Below are positions 49,473 through 59,773 of a stretch of 64,000 nt of DNA, one piece after another (positions within the stretch are counted from its first letter, which is position 1; each line of letters starts with the position of its first letter). This DNA comes from Bdellovibrionales bacterium RIFOXYD12_FULL_39_22 (GTDB taxonomy: Bacteria > Bdellovibrionota > Bacteriovoracia > Bacteriovoracales > Bacteriovoracaceae): NCBI GenBank assembly GCA_001770205.1, contig MEQL01000040.1, forward strand, positions 1 through 64,000, given 5' to 3'. A program made the position numbers and the translations under genes. The notes under the pieces are model-generated. The model was not told where the DNA came from. It was given only the letters and a program-made list of their open reading frames with translations, and searched no databases.

Positions 49473-51470
49473 CTATTTTTCTAGCTCAATCAGATTTACA
49501 CCGCCATTAATAACCTCTCCCTCTTTAAAATGGATTTTGGAAATTTTACCATCGCCGTTGGCCTTAATAGTGTGCTCCATTTTCATTGCTTCCATGATTA
49601 AAAGAGGTTGGTTTTTTGCCACAGCTTCACCTTCTTTAACCAGGATTTTAAAAATTTTCCCCGGCATGGGAGAGAGCATTCCTCCATGTTCGGCCTCGCC
49701 ACTTTTTTTGCGTGTGCGTGTTGGAATTTCCATTACTACATCTTTACTTTGGATAACGGCATGAACCTTGTTAGTTCTTCTGTTTTTGGTCATGGAAACA
49801 GTAAAATTTTTCTTCCCATCGTTAATGACTAGTTGATCCCCTAGTGCGGCCACTTGGCGGAAATTATAGTTTCTATTCATAACAGATAATTGTACTTCAC
49901 CGTCACTATTTTTTGTAAGCTTGTAATCAACTTCCTCCCCATTAATTATAATTTTGCGGCCAACAAAATTGGCGGAGAAACTACCTAGGGTATCCCAAGC
50001 AGTAGTGGCCGAGCCACGAGTAGTAGCATTGTAGTTAACGTTGGTATGGTAAGTTTCTTGTGGGCAGAATAACTGAGAAGAGATGGCCAGAGCGATCTCC
50101 TCTCGGCGTAAATCTTTTGGTAACAGTTTATCTTTATTTACTTCCACGAAGTTGGTGTAGGTAAGGCCATCTTTAAATTCTTTTGTAGAGAGGATACGTT
50201 TGAGATAAGCGCGATTAGTTTTTAGGCCCAGAAAGATTACATCATCCAAAGATACGCCCATTTTATCAATGGCCTGGTTACGAGTTGCCGCATGTACAAT
50301 CAGTTTTGCCAACATAGGATCAAAATTAACGGTAACTTCATTGCCATCAATGTATCCGGTGTCCAGGCGAACATTGTTCAATGTAGGTCGGCCTGTTTTT
50401 AACACTTTGCCAATGGAGGGAAGAAAATTATTGGCCGGATCTTCCGCGTAAATACGAACTTCAATGGCGTGTCCTTGTTGAGAAATATCTTCTTGCTTAA
50501 CAGATAGTATATCTCCCTGGGCCACTTCGATTTGTAGTCGAACCAAATCATAACCGGTTACCATCTCGGTAATTGGGTGTTCCACCTGTAAGCGAGTGTT
50601 CATTTCTAAAAAGTAGAATTTTCCAGACTGATCCAAGATAAATTCCATCGTACCGGCCCCTTCATAGTTGATATAGGAAGTAATCTTGGTGGCCGTAGCG
50701 GTAATATCTCGACGAATCTCTGCGGTGAGAGCAGTAGATGGTGTTTCTTCAATAATTTTTTGATGACGTCGTTGAATAGAACATTCACGTTCAAAAAAAT
50801 GTAGATGATTGCCATGTTTATCTGACATCATCTGAACTTCAATATGTCTTGGATTTAAAATATATCTTTCCAGCAAAACGATATCATTACCGAAAGAGTT
50901 TTTGGCCTCTCGCTTAGCACTTTCAAGAGAGGATTGAAAATCTGCGGGATCATTAACCACGCGCATGCCTTTTCCTCCTCCACCAGCAGAGGCCTTAATC
51001 AAAACAGGATAGCCAATTTTATCGGCAGTCTCTTTAAGGAAGTTTGGATCTTGGTTGTTTCCATGGTATCCAGGGATTAAGGGTACGCCGATTTTTTCAA
51101 CAGTTTCCTTGGAAGTTTTTTTATCTCCCATTATGCGCATTGATTCGGGAGAAGGGCCAATAAAGATAATTCCCGCTTCCGTTACTTTCTTTGCGAAAGT
51201 GGGGTTTTCAGAAAGAAAACCATAACCAGGATGAATGGCGTCTACTTTTTGCTCCAAAGCAATTTTTACAATTAGTTCTTGATTAAGGTAGGTTTGCGAG
51301 AGTGGGCCTTGTCCTAAACAGATAGAAAAATCACCTGAAAAGGTGTGGGGTAATCCTATTTCATCTTCAGTGTAAATGGTTACAGTTTTAATGCCCATTT
51401 CTCGACAGGTATTGATAACGCGAATGGCAATTTCGCCACGGTTGGCAATTAAAATTTTGCTAATTTTCAT
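49473..51470 (-). CDS. liuD: methylcrotonyl-CoA carboxylase alpha subunit (biotin carboxylase + BCCP)
   Basis: ANRGEIA, HPGYGFLSEN, GGGGKGMR, ERECSIQRRHQK, EMNTRLQVEHP, biotin site EAMKM, and operon context. Confidence 0.9.
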   Translation of the reverse strand: MKISKILIANRGEIAIRVINTCREMGIKTVTIYTEDEIGLPHTFSGDFSICLGQGPLSQTYLNQELIVKIALEQKVDAIHPGYGFLSENPTFAKKVTEAGIIFIGPSPESMRIMGDKKTSKETVEKIGVPLIPGYHGNNQDPNFLKETADKIGYPVLIKASAGGGGKGMRVVNDPADFQSSLESAKREAKNSFGNDIVLLERYILNPRHIEVQMMSDKHGNHLHFFERECSIQRRHQKIIEETPSTALTAEIRRDITATATKITSYINYEGAGTMEFILDQSGKFYFLEMNTRLQVEHPITEMVTGYDLVRLQIEVAQGDILSVKQEDISQQGHAIEVRIYAEDPANNFLPSIGKVLKTGRPTLNNVRLDTGYIDGNEVTVNFDPMLAKLIVHAATRNQAIDKMGVSLDDVIFLGLKTNRAYLKRILSTKEFKDGLTYTNFVEVNKDKLLPKDLRREEIALAISSQLFCPQETYHTNVNYNATTRGSATTAWDTLGSFSANFVGRKIIINGEEVDYKLTKNSDGEVQLSVMNRNYNFRQVAALGDQLVINDGKKNFTVSMTKNRRTNKVHAVIQSKDVVMEIPTRTRKKSGEAEHGGMLSPMPGKIFKILVKEGEAVAKNQPLLIMEAMKMEHTIKANGDGKISKIHFKEGEVINGGVNLIELEK

Positions 51471-52263
51471 AGTTGATCCACCTCGGTTGACTCTTATTTA
51501 ATAATGAATTCATCCCTTCTTGCCCCTCTTGTGATATTCTGGCAAGAGAAATTGCTTGGCAGGTATAATCTCTAATCTCTTCTCTGTTTTTATTTGATTT
51601 TACCTTTTTAATTAATTTTTTAGCATTAGTGGTTGCGGATGGGCCGGCCTTTAAAAATTCCACAATAATCTCTTCTGCTTTTGCAGTAAGCTCGCTGCTT
51701 GCCACTACTTGATGAATGAGTCCCATAGTTTGAGCGCGGGCCGGAGAGAAGAGTTCGCCCGATAAAAAAGTTGCGCGAGCGTTGCTTTCTCCTATTTTTG
51801 CTATTACATATGGGGAGATAACCGCTGGTAAAAGGCCTAGACGAACTTCCGTAAAACCAAAACGGGCCGCTTCAGATGCCAAAGCGTAATCGCAGACGGA
51901 GACCAGTCCCGCGCCACCACCCAAAGCTGCTCCATTAATTTTTCCGATTACGGGGCAGTTACAGTTGTTTACTGCCTCAAACATGGCCGCAAGTTTTTGA
52001 CTGTCTTGGTAGTTTTCCTCTTGGGTATATTTGGCCATGCTTTTCATCCAATTAAGATCTGCTCCCGCACAAAAAGATTTCCCCGCCCCAGTTATTACGA
52101 CTAGGCGCGTATTGAGGCCATTATTAATGGATTCAAAGAGTTCCGTCAACTCAGAAATCAACTGATCGTTGAACGCATTATGTATATCGGGACGGTTTAA
52201 GGTGATTGTTAAAACACCTCGCTTATCTCGATTTTCCAAAAAAAGTTTTTCTTTTGCACCCAC
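51460..52263 (-). CDS. liuC: methylglutaconyl-CoA hydratase (crotonase family)
   Basis: NRPDIHNAFN, FCAGADLNWM, GGGAGL, EVRLGLLPAVISPYV. Confidence 0.9.
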   Translation of the reverse strand: MGAKEKLFLENRDKRGVLTITLNRPDIHNAFNDQLISELTELFESINNGLNTRLVVITGAGKSFCAGADLNWMKSMAKYTQEENYQDSQKLAAMFEAVNNCNCPVIGKINGAALGGGAGLVSVCDYALASEAARFGFTEVRLGLLPAVISPYVIAKIGESNARATFLSGELFSPARAQTMGLIHQVVASSELTAKAEEIIVEFLKAGPSATTNAKKLIKKVKSNKNREEIRDYTCQAISLARISQEGQEGMNSLLNKSQPRWINYEN

Positions 52264-52286
52264 AGGAAACTCCCCCTTTTGGCCAT

Positions 52287-53909
52287 CTACATACGGAAAA
52301 TACCCCAGCTACAATCTTCTATTTCGCTGTTTAGCGAAGCGGCCAGCGCTAGACCTAAAATATCCCGGGTCTGTGCGGGATCGATGATTCCATCATCCCA
52401 CAAGCGGGCAGTAGAGTAGTATGGATGGCCCTCTTTTTCATATTTTTCTAAAATGGGTTTTTCAAATTCGCGCTTTTCTTCAGCATTCATTTCTGATTTC
52501 TTTTTACTCTTCAAATTTTCTTGGCGCACGGTAGAAAGTACTCCAGCTGCTTGCTCTCCTCCCATTACGGAGATACGAGCATTAGGCCACATCCATAAAA
52601 AACGAGGATCGTATGCCCGGCCGCACATTCCGTAATTGCCAGCGCCAAAGGAGCCACCAATGATGACGGTAAGTTTGGGCACGTTGGCGGTAGATACGGC
52701 CGTAACCATCTTTGCCCCATGTTTGGCAATTCCTTCCGCTTCATATTTGCGGCCGACCATAAAACCAGTGATGTTTTGTAAAAAAATCAGAGGAATTTTT
52801 CGCATGCCACATAACTCAATAAAATGTGCACCTTTAACGGCAGATTCGGAAAATAAAATTCCGTTGTTGGCCACAATGCCTACTTGATGGCCATGAATAC
52901 GAGCAAAGGCACAAACTAAAGTAGTTCCATATTTTTCTTTGAATTCATGAAATTCAGAACCATCTACTAGACGACAAATAATTTCTCGAACATCGTAAGG
53001 GATTTTGGTATCTTTAGGTACTATGCCGTAGATTTCATCTGGTGAGTAGAGGGGGGGGGCGAAGGGGTTAGTCTCCTTCTGGCGTTTTAAGCTACCCTGT
53101 GATTTATAATTTAAATTCTCAATAATGTTGCGAGTAATCATGAGTGCGTCTTCTTCTGTTTCTGCAAAGTGATCGGCCACTCCAGATTCTTGCGTATGCA
53201 CTCGTGCTCCACCTAAATCTTCGGCATTAACTTCTTCTCCGGTGGCCGCTTTTACTAACGGTGGACCGGCCAAAAAGATAGTTCCATTCCCTTTAACGAT
53301 GACTGATTCGTCGGACATCGCTGGAACGTAGGCACCACCGGCCGTGCAGGAGCCAAGCACTACTGCAATTTGAGGAATACCTTTGGAGGACATTTGCGCT
53401 TGATTATAAAAAATGCGGCCAAAGTGTTCTTTATCAGGGAAAACTTCATCTTGCATAGGGAGAAATGCACCTCCGGAGTCGACAAGGTAGATGCAGGGCA
53501 AGCGATTTTCGAGGGCAATTTCTTGGGCGCGTAAATGTTTTTTGACGGTCATGGGGAAGTAAGTTCCACCTTTAACGGTGGCATCATTGGCCACAAACAT
53601 ACACTCCACTCCATGCACTCTACCAATACCACAAACGATTCCTGCCGAAGGAACATCTTCAGGATACAACCCATAAGCGGCCATTGGAGATAATTCTAAA
53701 AAGGGAGTCCCCTCATCAATAATGCGTTCAATACGTTCGCGAGGTAAAAACTTACCGCGCTTGTGGTGGCGCTCAATATATTCCGTGCCTCCGGCCTCTT
53801 TGACTGATTCTATTTTGGCCATCAAATCTTTGCGTAAATTTAGATTAAAGGCGCGGTTTTTCTTAAATTCGTCGGAATGAATATCAACTTGGGAGTTAAA
53901 CTGATCCAT
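52287..53909 (-). CDS. liuB: methylcrotonyl-CoA carboxylase beta (carboxyltransferase) subunit
   Basis: [65 protein letters not shown]. Confidence 0.95.
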   Translation of the reverse strand: MDQFNSQVDIHSDEFKKNRAFNLNLRKDLMAKIESVKEAGGTEYIERHHKRGKFLPRERIERIIDEGTPFLELSPMAAYGLYPEDVPSAGIVCGIGRVHGVECMFVANDATVKGGTYFPMTVKKHLRAQEIALENRLPCIYLVDSGGAFLPMQDEVFPDKEHFGRIFYNQAQMSSKGIPQIAVVLGSCTAGGAYVPAMSDESVIVKGNGTIFLAGPPLVKAATGEEVNAEDLGGARVHTQESGVADHFAETEEDALMITRNIIENLNYKSQGSLKRQKETNPFAPPLYSPDEIYGIVPKDTKIPYDVREIICRLVDGSEFHEFKEKYGTTLVCAFARIHGHQVGIVANNGILFSESAVKGAHFIELCGMRKIPLIFLQNITGFMVGRKYEAEGIAKHGAKMVTAVSTANVPKLTVIIGGSFGAGNYGMCGRAYDPRFLWMWPNARISVMGGEQAAGVLSTVRQENLKSKKKSEMNAEEKREFEKPILEKYEKEGHPYYSTARLWDDGIIDPAQTRDILGLALAASLNSEIEDCSWGIFRM

Positions 53910-54096
53910 TTGTTTGCCCTTTTATAAATTAAATTTTTTCAAAAGCTAGCACATTGGGCCATTTTAGAAAAGAACAATTAATTCGGCCGGTTGTCGATAG
54001 TTTTGACAGTTGTTATACTTTTATCTATTTTGATTTCAACTTGCATCTAATTTGCCAATTAACTTACTGATTTTCAAGATATTATTGTTGATCGGT

Positions 54097-54113
54097 TTGG
54101 TCTGTCCATTGCA
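54097..54113 (+). promoter_or_regulatory. possible sigma54 promoter
   Basis: TTGGTCTGTCCATTGCA has GG-N10-GC spacing and a TTGCA -12 box but an imperfect -24 box. About 55 bp upstream of ATG 54168. Confidence 0.45.
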
Positions 54114-54167
54114 AAGAAAGTAGTAGCGGTTTCTGATTAGCTTAATTTGGCCAATGAGGAAATAAAA

Positions 54168-54497
54168 ATGGAGAATAACAATAGTAGCGATAATTCTTTT
54201 GGCGACAAGGTGGTTGATATCACCCGGACTAGGATTAATTTGAAGCAGTTATTGGCCGAAAAAGATCCAATAGAGGAGCTTTTAAATGAATTTCCAGATG
54301 CAAAAGATGAAGATGAAAATGTTGATGATGTAGGGGGCGAGTTAGTAGAAAAAAAAATAGAGAGATTTTGTGATAGCAAGCACGGACGGCCAACAACTGC
54401 CGGTGAGCAATTAGAGAGAGATTTGCTGTTTTTGGAAGAAACCATTAGAAGGATAAATTACTACATTGATGAAATAGAAACATCGCTGTTAGACTAG
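54168..54497 (+). CDS. hypothetical acidic protein
   Basis: ORF with a GAGG RBS and a helical C-terminus. No family recognised. Confidence 0.7.
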   Translation: MENNNSSDNSFGDKVVDITRTRINLKQLLAEKDPIEELLNEFPDAKDEDENVDDVGGELVEKKIERFCDSKHGRPTTAGEQLERDLLFLEETIRRINYYIDEIETSLLD

Positions 54498-54529
54498 GCT
54501 CAAACATCTAAAAAACAAATTGTAATTAA

Positions 54530-54706
54530 TTATCGGCCACCACCGCCACCGGGAGGTTTGTCGCCACCGGGACTAGTTCCGCCACCTTCGTTGATTGGGT
54601 GGCTTGTGGTATGATCACGAGTGGGAGATGCCACAGCTGCACTGCTATAGACGGCCACAAAGGTTGCCAGAGAAAGCATTAATAGCGTAAAAAATATTCT
54701 TCCCAT
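54530..54706 (-). CDS. small secreted Gly/Pro-rich peptide (58 aa)
   Basis: AGGAG RBS, signal peptide ending AVA, mature part SPTRDHTTSHPINEGGGTSPGGDKPPGGGGGR. Confidence 0.65.
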   Translation of the reverse strand: MGRIFFTLLMLSLATFVAVYSSAAVASPTRDHTTSHPINEGGGTSPGGDKPPGGGGGR

Positions 54707-54945
54707 ACATTTTCTCCTAGTAGCTTCTTCCCCAAGGTTCGAAATGGAAAAATGCCATTGCGAACGAATAAGGGAATTGACAATAAATTGATAGCATGGG
54801 CCATTCATTTCGTAAAGCCTTTAGTCGCAGTTTAATGAATTGTGAAGTTAAAGAGAAAAAAAAATTAACGGGTAGACAGAATAAGTTAGTTATTATATTT
54901 ATTTGTACCAATAATTCACTATTTATGTTTTGGCAGGCCTCGTAA

Positions 54946-56172
54946 GTGACAAGCTACAGTTTGATTTTTTTAAAAATTTTCTTACTTTTCATTCTTTCTG
55001 GAGAGATTTTTGCCCTCTATTCACTAAAATCGACGGCATCTAGTGGTTACTATCGCGATCGTAAAAACCTTGACCACGTCACGACTTTTTTTGATTTTCA
55101 ATACCATTACCTGGATAAAAGTGGTGTGGAAGGCTTTCTTGATTTGGGGTTAAATAATAATTTCTTACAGGATACGTGGGGAGTTTATCCACAGCAATTT
55201 AATATCAACGTGCCACTGGATAATGGGGTGAAAAATGCCCCATACTACAAGTCTAGAATCATCGTTGGCCGGCAGCTTTTAACCGAAGGTTTTGAAGTAG
55301 ATCTGTTAGATGGATTGATGTTGCCATACTATTTTTCGGCCGATGTCGGAGTAATCAGCTACGCCGGAGTATTACATGTGCTTGAACAGGCTCGAATTGT
55401 TACCTCCGATCAGATATACGGAACTTCACTACTCCTTAGAAAATGGGATTTAACTACCAAGATGGGGCCTGTCATAAAAAGCAGAGAAGGAAGTGAGCGA
55501 TTTTTAGGCCACATGTCGGTGATGAAAGATTTTGGAGAAACTTTTTTATCTCCAATTATTTTTGTCAAAACCCAATTCGACTTGGGAGAGATGGAGCACG
55601 ATCAGAGTTTGGCCGAAGCGCAACTTTTTTACAAAAAATTTCAAGGCGTACTTTCTTACTCCTCGCGGCGGCCAGATCGACTGTTACGGCCGGAGCGTAA
55701 TTTTATCTACTCGTTGGTTGCCATTGATAATCAGGAGAGTGTTGGGACGGCAATTTCTTGGGATAATGAGCGTGATCTTACTTTAGGCCATAAGGTGAAT
55801 GTGGTTAACTTCACATCATCTAAAGGAAAAGAGAGTGGCATGATTCAGGAGTTAAATGGTGACTGGAGGAAAGGGGCGCAAAAAATTTCACCGTTTTTAA
55901 CTATGATTTCCTCTTTTGGAGGGGAATATTATCAGGGTGGGGCAAATTATATTTACGTTGTGGATGATTTTCGAGAAGTTAATGTGGAATTTGATGTGGC
56001 CAGATGTGATAAGATTAACGGTATTGAGGCGTGGTTGTACCACTCTCAAGTCGGTATGAATTACAATTTTTGGAAGAGATGGAAAGCTCTTCTATCTGTA
56101 GAGGGAGAACGCAATCATCTTTTTGATTTTAATTTAAAGGCCGTGGTATATGTCACATATTTTCAATATTAG
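54946..56172 (+). CDS. putative outer-membrane beta-barrel (porin of a porin-cytochrome cluster)
   Basis: Signal peptide, alternating aromatic/hydrophobic strands, VGRQ motif, C-terminal AVVYVTYFQY. First gene of the cytochrome operon. Confidence 0.7.
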   Translation: MTSYSLIFLKIFLLFILSGEIFALYSLKSTASSGYYRDRKNLDHVTTFFDFQYHYLDKSGVEGFLDLGLNNNFLQDTWGVYPQQFNINVPLDNGVKNAPYYKSRIIVGRQLLTEGFEVDLLDGLMLPYYFSADVGVISYAGVLHVLEQARIVTSDQIYGTSLLLRKWDLTTKMGPVIKSREGSERFLGHMSVMKDFGETFLSPIIFVKTQFDLGEMEHDQSLAEAQLFYKKFQGVLSYSSRRPDRLLRPERNFIYSLVAIDNQESVGTAISWDNERDLTLGHKVNVVNFTSSKGKESGMIQELNGDWRKGAQKISPFLTMISSFGGEYYQGGANYIYVVDDFREVNVEFDVARCDKINGIEAWLYHSQVGMNYNFWKRWKALLSVEGERNHLFDFNLKAVVYVTYFQY

Positions 56173-56800
56173 GTTTTCTTCTAAAGTTATACTTTTCTGG
56201 ACATTATTGTTCGGATGGGGGTTGTTGTCGTTTGCTAGCGATAAGGACAAGGATAAAGATAATGAACTCGGCTACAGCGTAAAGGATCCGAAGTTAAAAT
56301 TGCCATTGGAAAAGTTATATTCCCATGGGCATCATGCTTTATATTTTGAAAATTTAGGCGTTAAGTGTAATGATTGTCATAATTTTTCCATTAAATCAGA
56401 TAGTGGCCCTTTAGCTCCTCTGGTGAATATTCGAGCGCTGAAGTCGAACAAAAAAACCTGTCATGAATGCCATCTTGGGCAAATTTCTATTCCGAGACGT
56501 AACCAATGTTCGCTCTGTCACGATGATATTGCGGTATTGATGCCAAAAGATCATAAGATTAACTGGAAAAACAGACATGGGGTAAAGGCCCAGTTTGACG
56601 GAGATGCATGTAAGCAATGTCATCAACAAAATGAGTGTTCGGCATGTCACATGCGAAGAGATAATATGAATCCCCGCGTACATAGAGGAAATTTTAGATA
56701 CATGCACTCGATAGAGGCACGGGCCACTCCGGCCAGCTGTGTTAGTTGTCATCAATCACAAAGTTTTTGCAATGATTGTCATATAGGGAAGAGAAATTGA
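56150..56800 (+). CDS. periplasmic 7-heme c-type cytochrome
   Basis: Signal sequence plus CNDCH, CHECH, CSLCH, CKQCH, CSACH, CVSCH and CNDCH. Confidence 0.92.
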   Translation: MSHIFNIRFSSKVILFWTLLFGWGLLSFASDKDKDKDNELGYSVKDPKLKLPLEKLYSHGHHALYFENLGVKCNDCHNFSIKSDSGPLAPLVNIRALKSNKKTCHECHLGQISIPRRNQCSLCHDDIAVLMPKDHKINWKNRHGVKAQFDGDACKQCHQQNECSACHMRRDNMNPRVHRGNFRYMHSIEARATPASCVSCHQSQSFCNDCHIGKRN

Positions 56801-57081
56801 TGAGCAAGATATTAATTTTATCATTGATGTTTGGTTTGTTGATCAGTTGTGGCCAGGATCGACAGTTGGAAGTTTATGATCAAATGCAAGAGTGCAATTT
56901 AGATTTAACAGAGAGTAATCATGCCCATGGATGGCAGCAGACAGACTGTTTTTATTGTCACGTTATGGAGAATATTCATCAGGCAGATCAGCAAGGATGT
57001 GGAATAGTGGTTGCCGGAGAAATGACTGATGAGCTTAGTGATTGTCTTTCTTCTTGTCATGGCCAGAATGGAGTTGAATAA
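56800..57081 (+). CDS. small lipoprotein c-type cytochrome (1 CXXCH + 1 CX3CH)
   Basis: TGATG overlap start, lipobox LISC, CFYCH and CLSSCH. Confidence 0.8.
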   Translation: MSKILILSLMFGLLISCGQDRQLEVYDQMQECNLDLTESNHAHGWQQTDCFYCHVMENIHQADQQGCGIVVAGEMTDELSDCLSSCHGQNGVE

Positions 57082-57651
57082 GTGAAGTTTAATTTTAAAA
57101 GATGTCTTTATTTTTTTCTATCACTTTTGGTGCTTGTTGGTGGAATTTCAGCGCAAACTTTTAAACGACTTGATCCACATGGTAGTCCAGAAATGAATTT
57201 AATGCATGCGTCGGTGCAAGCGGAAAACATGTGCTTGATCTGTCATTCCTACGATACCGGTAAAAAAGGAGAAGATATTAGGACGTTCGAATATAATGGA
57301 CATAAAATGGTGTTTTCGTTGACAACGTTACCAAATGCGATTGAGCGTTGCTCTTCTTGTCATAGTGGGATGCCTCATAGCGGATTGGTTGAACATCTCG
57401 GTGCTGATTTGTCAAAATTAAAGATTGGAGTGAAAGGGAAAGTTGACTGTCTTAGCTGTCATCGACCACATAGGGCAAAGATAGTAACTGAGGAGGATAA
57501 ACGCAAGATAGCTGTCAGAGCAAAAGTGCCATTTGTGTTCAAAAAGCGTGGAAATTTAACTTTGCCTGCAGGAATGATAGAGCGACGCAACAGTACGGCC
57601 ATGTTAAGACGGGAGTGTGTTGATTGTCATACGAAGGATAATTTATTATGA
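57082..57651 (+). CDS. periplasmic tetraheme c-type cytochrome
   Basis: Signal peptide plus CLICH, CSSCH, CLSCH and CVDCH. Confidence 0.9.
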   Translation: MKFNFKRCLYFFLSLLVLVGGISAQTFKRLDPHGSPEMNLMHASVQAENMCLICHSYDTGKKGEDIRTFEYNGHKMVFSLTTLPNAIERCSSCHSGMPHSGLVEHLGADLSKLKIGVKGKVDCLSCHRPHRAKIVTEEDKRKIAVRAKVPFVFKKRGNLTLPAGMIERRNSTAMLRRECVDCHTKDNLL

Positions 57652-59747
57652 CAAAAATGTTTTTTTATGCATTGGTTTTTGCAGCAATGGCCGCGCAGAC
57701 AATGGGCAAGGATGTTGCTTTCGAGTCCCTCTTTAAAAAGAGTATTATTGGCCCTTCACTGCTTACTGTCTGTGATGGAAAATTATGGGTATATAGTGTC
57801 GGAGAGGGAAAGTTTATTGTGCTAACTGCCAGCGGTGAAATGCTAAAAACTTATGGCGTTAAATTGCTAGGTGTTTCAGAAAAAGTTACGGCCATGAGTT
57901 GTCGTGAACAGGAAGTTATTTTCGCTACTTTAAATGGGCAAAATAAGGCCGAGTTATATCTTCTGGATGGTGGACAGGCCAAAAAGTTAAATTATGTGGT
58001 GGAAGATCAGGGCCACATTCATACGATTGCTTGTCAAAAAGAGAGTTGTTTAATTGGGCATAAAAATTTTTATATTTCTGCAGATTTAAAAAGATGGAAG
58101 CAATTAAATTTGATGTCGACAGCGGCGATTCCGCTGGCACAGGCCGACAAAGATCTGAATCCGTTTGTTGATTGGCAAAGAAATTTTGAATTGAGTAAAG
58201 ATAATTATTCGCGAGCAGTTATTACTGATTTAGCGGAGCTTTATTTATTAGATCCTTTTCAGGGCAGTGTCTTGTTGGCCGGAAAGTTGGATAAAGGGGC
58301 GTTTGTCGCTGAGAGTGTTACTGCAAAATGGGGGAAGTGGGGGGCCTGGGAAGGGCAGTTGATGTATCCCAAGGCCATCAAATATTGGAAGAAGCATGAC
58401 CTTTTAGTTTTTGCGGATGTTGGGTTGAAACATATTTTTTTCTTTGGTAAAGACGGTGAATATTTTGGCAAGCTGGGGGTAGAATCGGCTGATCTGGCAG
58501 AGATGAATTATCCGTTAGATGTGGCGATGAATGATAATTACATCTATATTGCGGATTTTTTGTCAAATATAGTGTGGGGGGTTGATCTTACTAAATTTGA
58601 AAAGAGTCCTGATGTGATTCCGGCAGAAGTAGAGGATTATTTTCATCGCAACCTTTTTAAAAATGAGCGAGTTAATGCAGGATTTTCAAAAGTAAGATGT
58701 CTTAATTGTCACGATGGGTTGGAAGTTTACAGTTTAGATAATTTTGTCAAAGCAAGAAGTCATCACCCACTAGATGTTGAGGTAGCAAAAGGGGTGGATT
58801 TGCCGCTGTGGCTAGGGAAATATATTTCCTGCGCAACTTGTCATACCCAACACCACGTTCCACTAGAGGGGAGATCTTATACACAAACTGGCAAAGAAAA
58901 TAAGGTCGAAAAATTGCCGCACAACTTGCGAAGAGAGTATCGACAGCTGTGTACAACTTGTCACCAAGATAAGACGGAAACAGGCAACAATCACTTGGAT
59001 TTAAATTTAGATATGAGATCGAGCAAGGCCGGTGGAGTTAAAGTTGTTTCGTGTTCTCAATGTCACGAAATGCATCGTGCCAGTGAGAAGTTGTTAGTCG
59101 GAGAGGATTCCGCTGTCTGTGTTAGTTGTCATGGGCCGTCCCATACTCCAGTTTCTCATCCTTTTGGGGCCGTGAACGCTTGTATGAGTTGCCACAATCC
59201 TGACAAACGGCCATCTACTCATCCTGTTTTGCCAGAGACTGCTCATTTTGCTGATCAATTGGCCAACAAGAAAATTCAGTGTTTCTCATGTCATAAGATG
59301 CATAATTCTAGCAAAGCAGATTATTTTCCTCGCAAAGATGACAAGGGACGAGATTGGAGTTGTTTGAATTGTCATCAAACTTTTGCTGCCTACGTTGGTA
59401 CTAATGCACACCTTATCTCCTATGGTGGGCCAACCGGCGTGCCGTGTATGAAGTGTCACAATCCCCATGATAAAGAGGTCAAGAATATTACTGTATTGTG
59501 TACTCGCTGTCACGTAGATAGAAAACAGCAGCATCGAAAAATTCCTGCAATGGAGCGTTACGGCGCGGATAATGTTAGATTGAAAAATTCAGAAATTGTT
59601 TGTTCCACTTGTCATCAACAACATGGACTTTCAAAAAATGAGAAATTTTTACGAGATAAAAATGTGATTGCCTCCTTCTGCGCTAGTTGCCATGCTGATG
59701 AGGCCCCACGTTTGTTTGAGAATTTCCATAACAAATTGCGAAGATAA
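57648..59747 (+). CDS. NHL/beta-propeller domain fused to a 12-heme c-type cytochrome
   Basis: Signal peptide, NHL-like repeats (GQLMYPKAI...VFAD, MNYPLDVAM...IYIAD), and 12 CXXCH motifs in the C-terminal half, many as CXXCHXXH. Confidence 0.9.
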   Translation: MTKMFFYALVFAAMAAQTMGKDVAFESLFKKSIIGPSLLTVCDGKLWVYSVGEGKFIVLTASGEMLKTYGVKLLGVSEKVTAMSCREQEVIFATLNGQNKAELYLLDGGQAKKLNYVVEDQGHIHTIACQKESCLIGHKNFYISADLKRWKQLNLMSTAAIPLAQADKDLNPFVDWQRNFELSKDNYSRAVITDLAELYLLDPFQGSVLLAGKLDKGAFVAESVTAKWGKWGAWEGQLMYPKAIKYWKKHDLLVFADVGLKHIFFFGKDGEYFGKLGVESADLAEMNYPLDVAMNDNYIYIADFLSNIVWGVDLTKFEKSPDVIPAEVEDYFHRNLFKNERVNAGFSKVRCLNCHDGLEVYSLDNFVKARSHHPLDVEVAKGVDLPLWLGKYISCATCHTQHHVPLEGRSYTQTGKENKVEKLPHNLRREYRQLCTTCHQDKTETGNNHLDLNLDMRSSKAGGVKVVSCSQCHEMHRASEKLLVGEDSAVCVSCHGPSHTPVSHPFGAVNACMSCHNPDKRPSTHPVLPETAHFADQLANKKIQCFSCHKMHNSSKADYFPRKDDKGRDWSCLNCHQTFAAYVGTNAHLISYGGPTGVPCMKCHNPHDKEVKNITVLCTRCHVDRKQQHRKIPAMERYGADNVRLKNSEIVCSTCHQQHGLSKNEKFLRDKNVIASFCASCHADEAPRLFENFHNKLRR

Positions 59748-59773
59748 AAATTTAGAGTATCAAAGAGATGATT

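Noticed and set aside
54707..54945. Search for a sigma54 or FNR site upstream of the cytochrome operon
   Set aside because: No convincing GG-N10-GC promoter or TTGAT-N4-ATCAA box was found, so control by the adjacent NtrC-like protein is not shown by the sequence.
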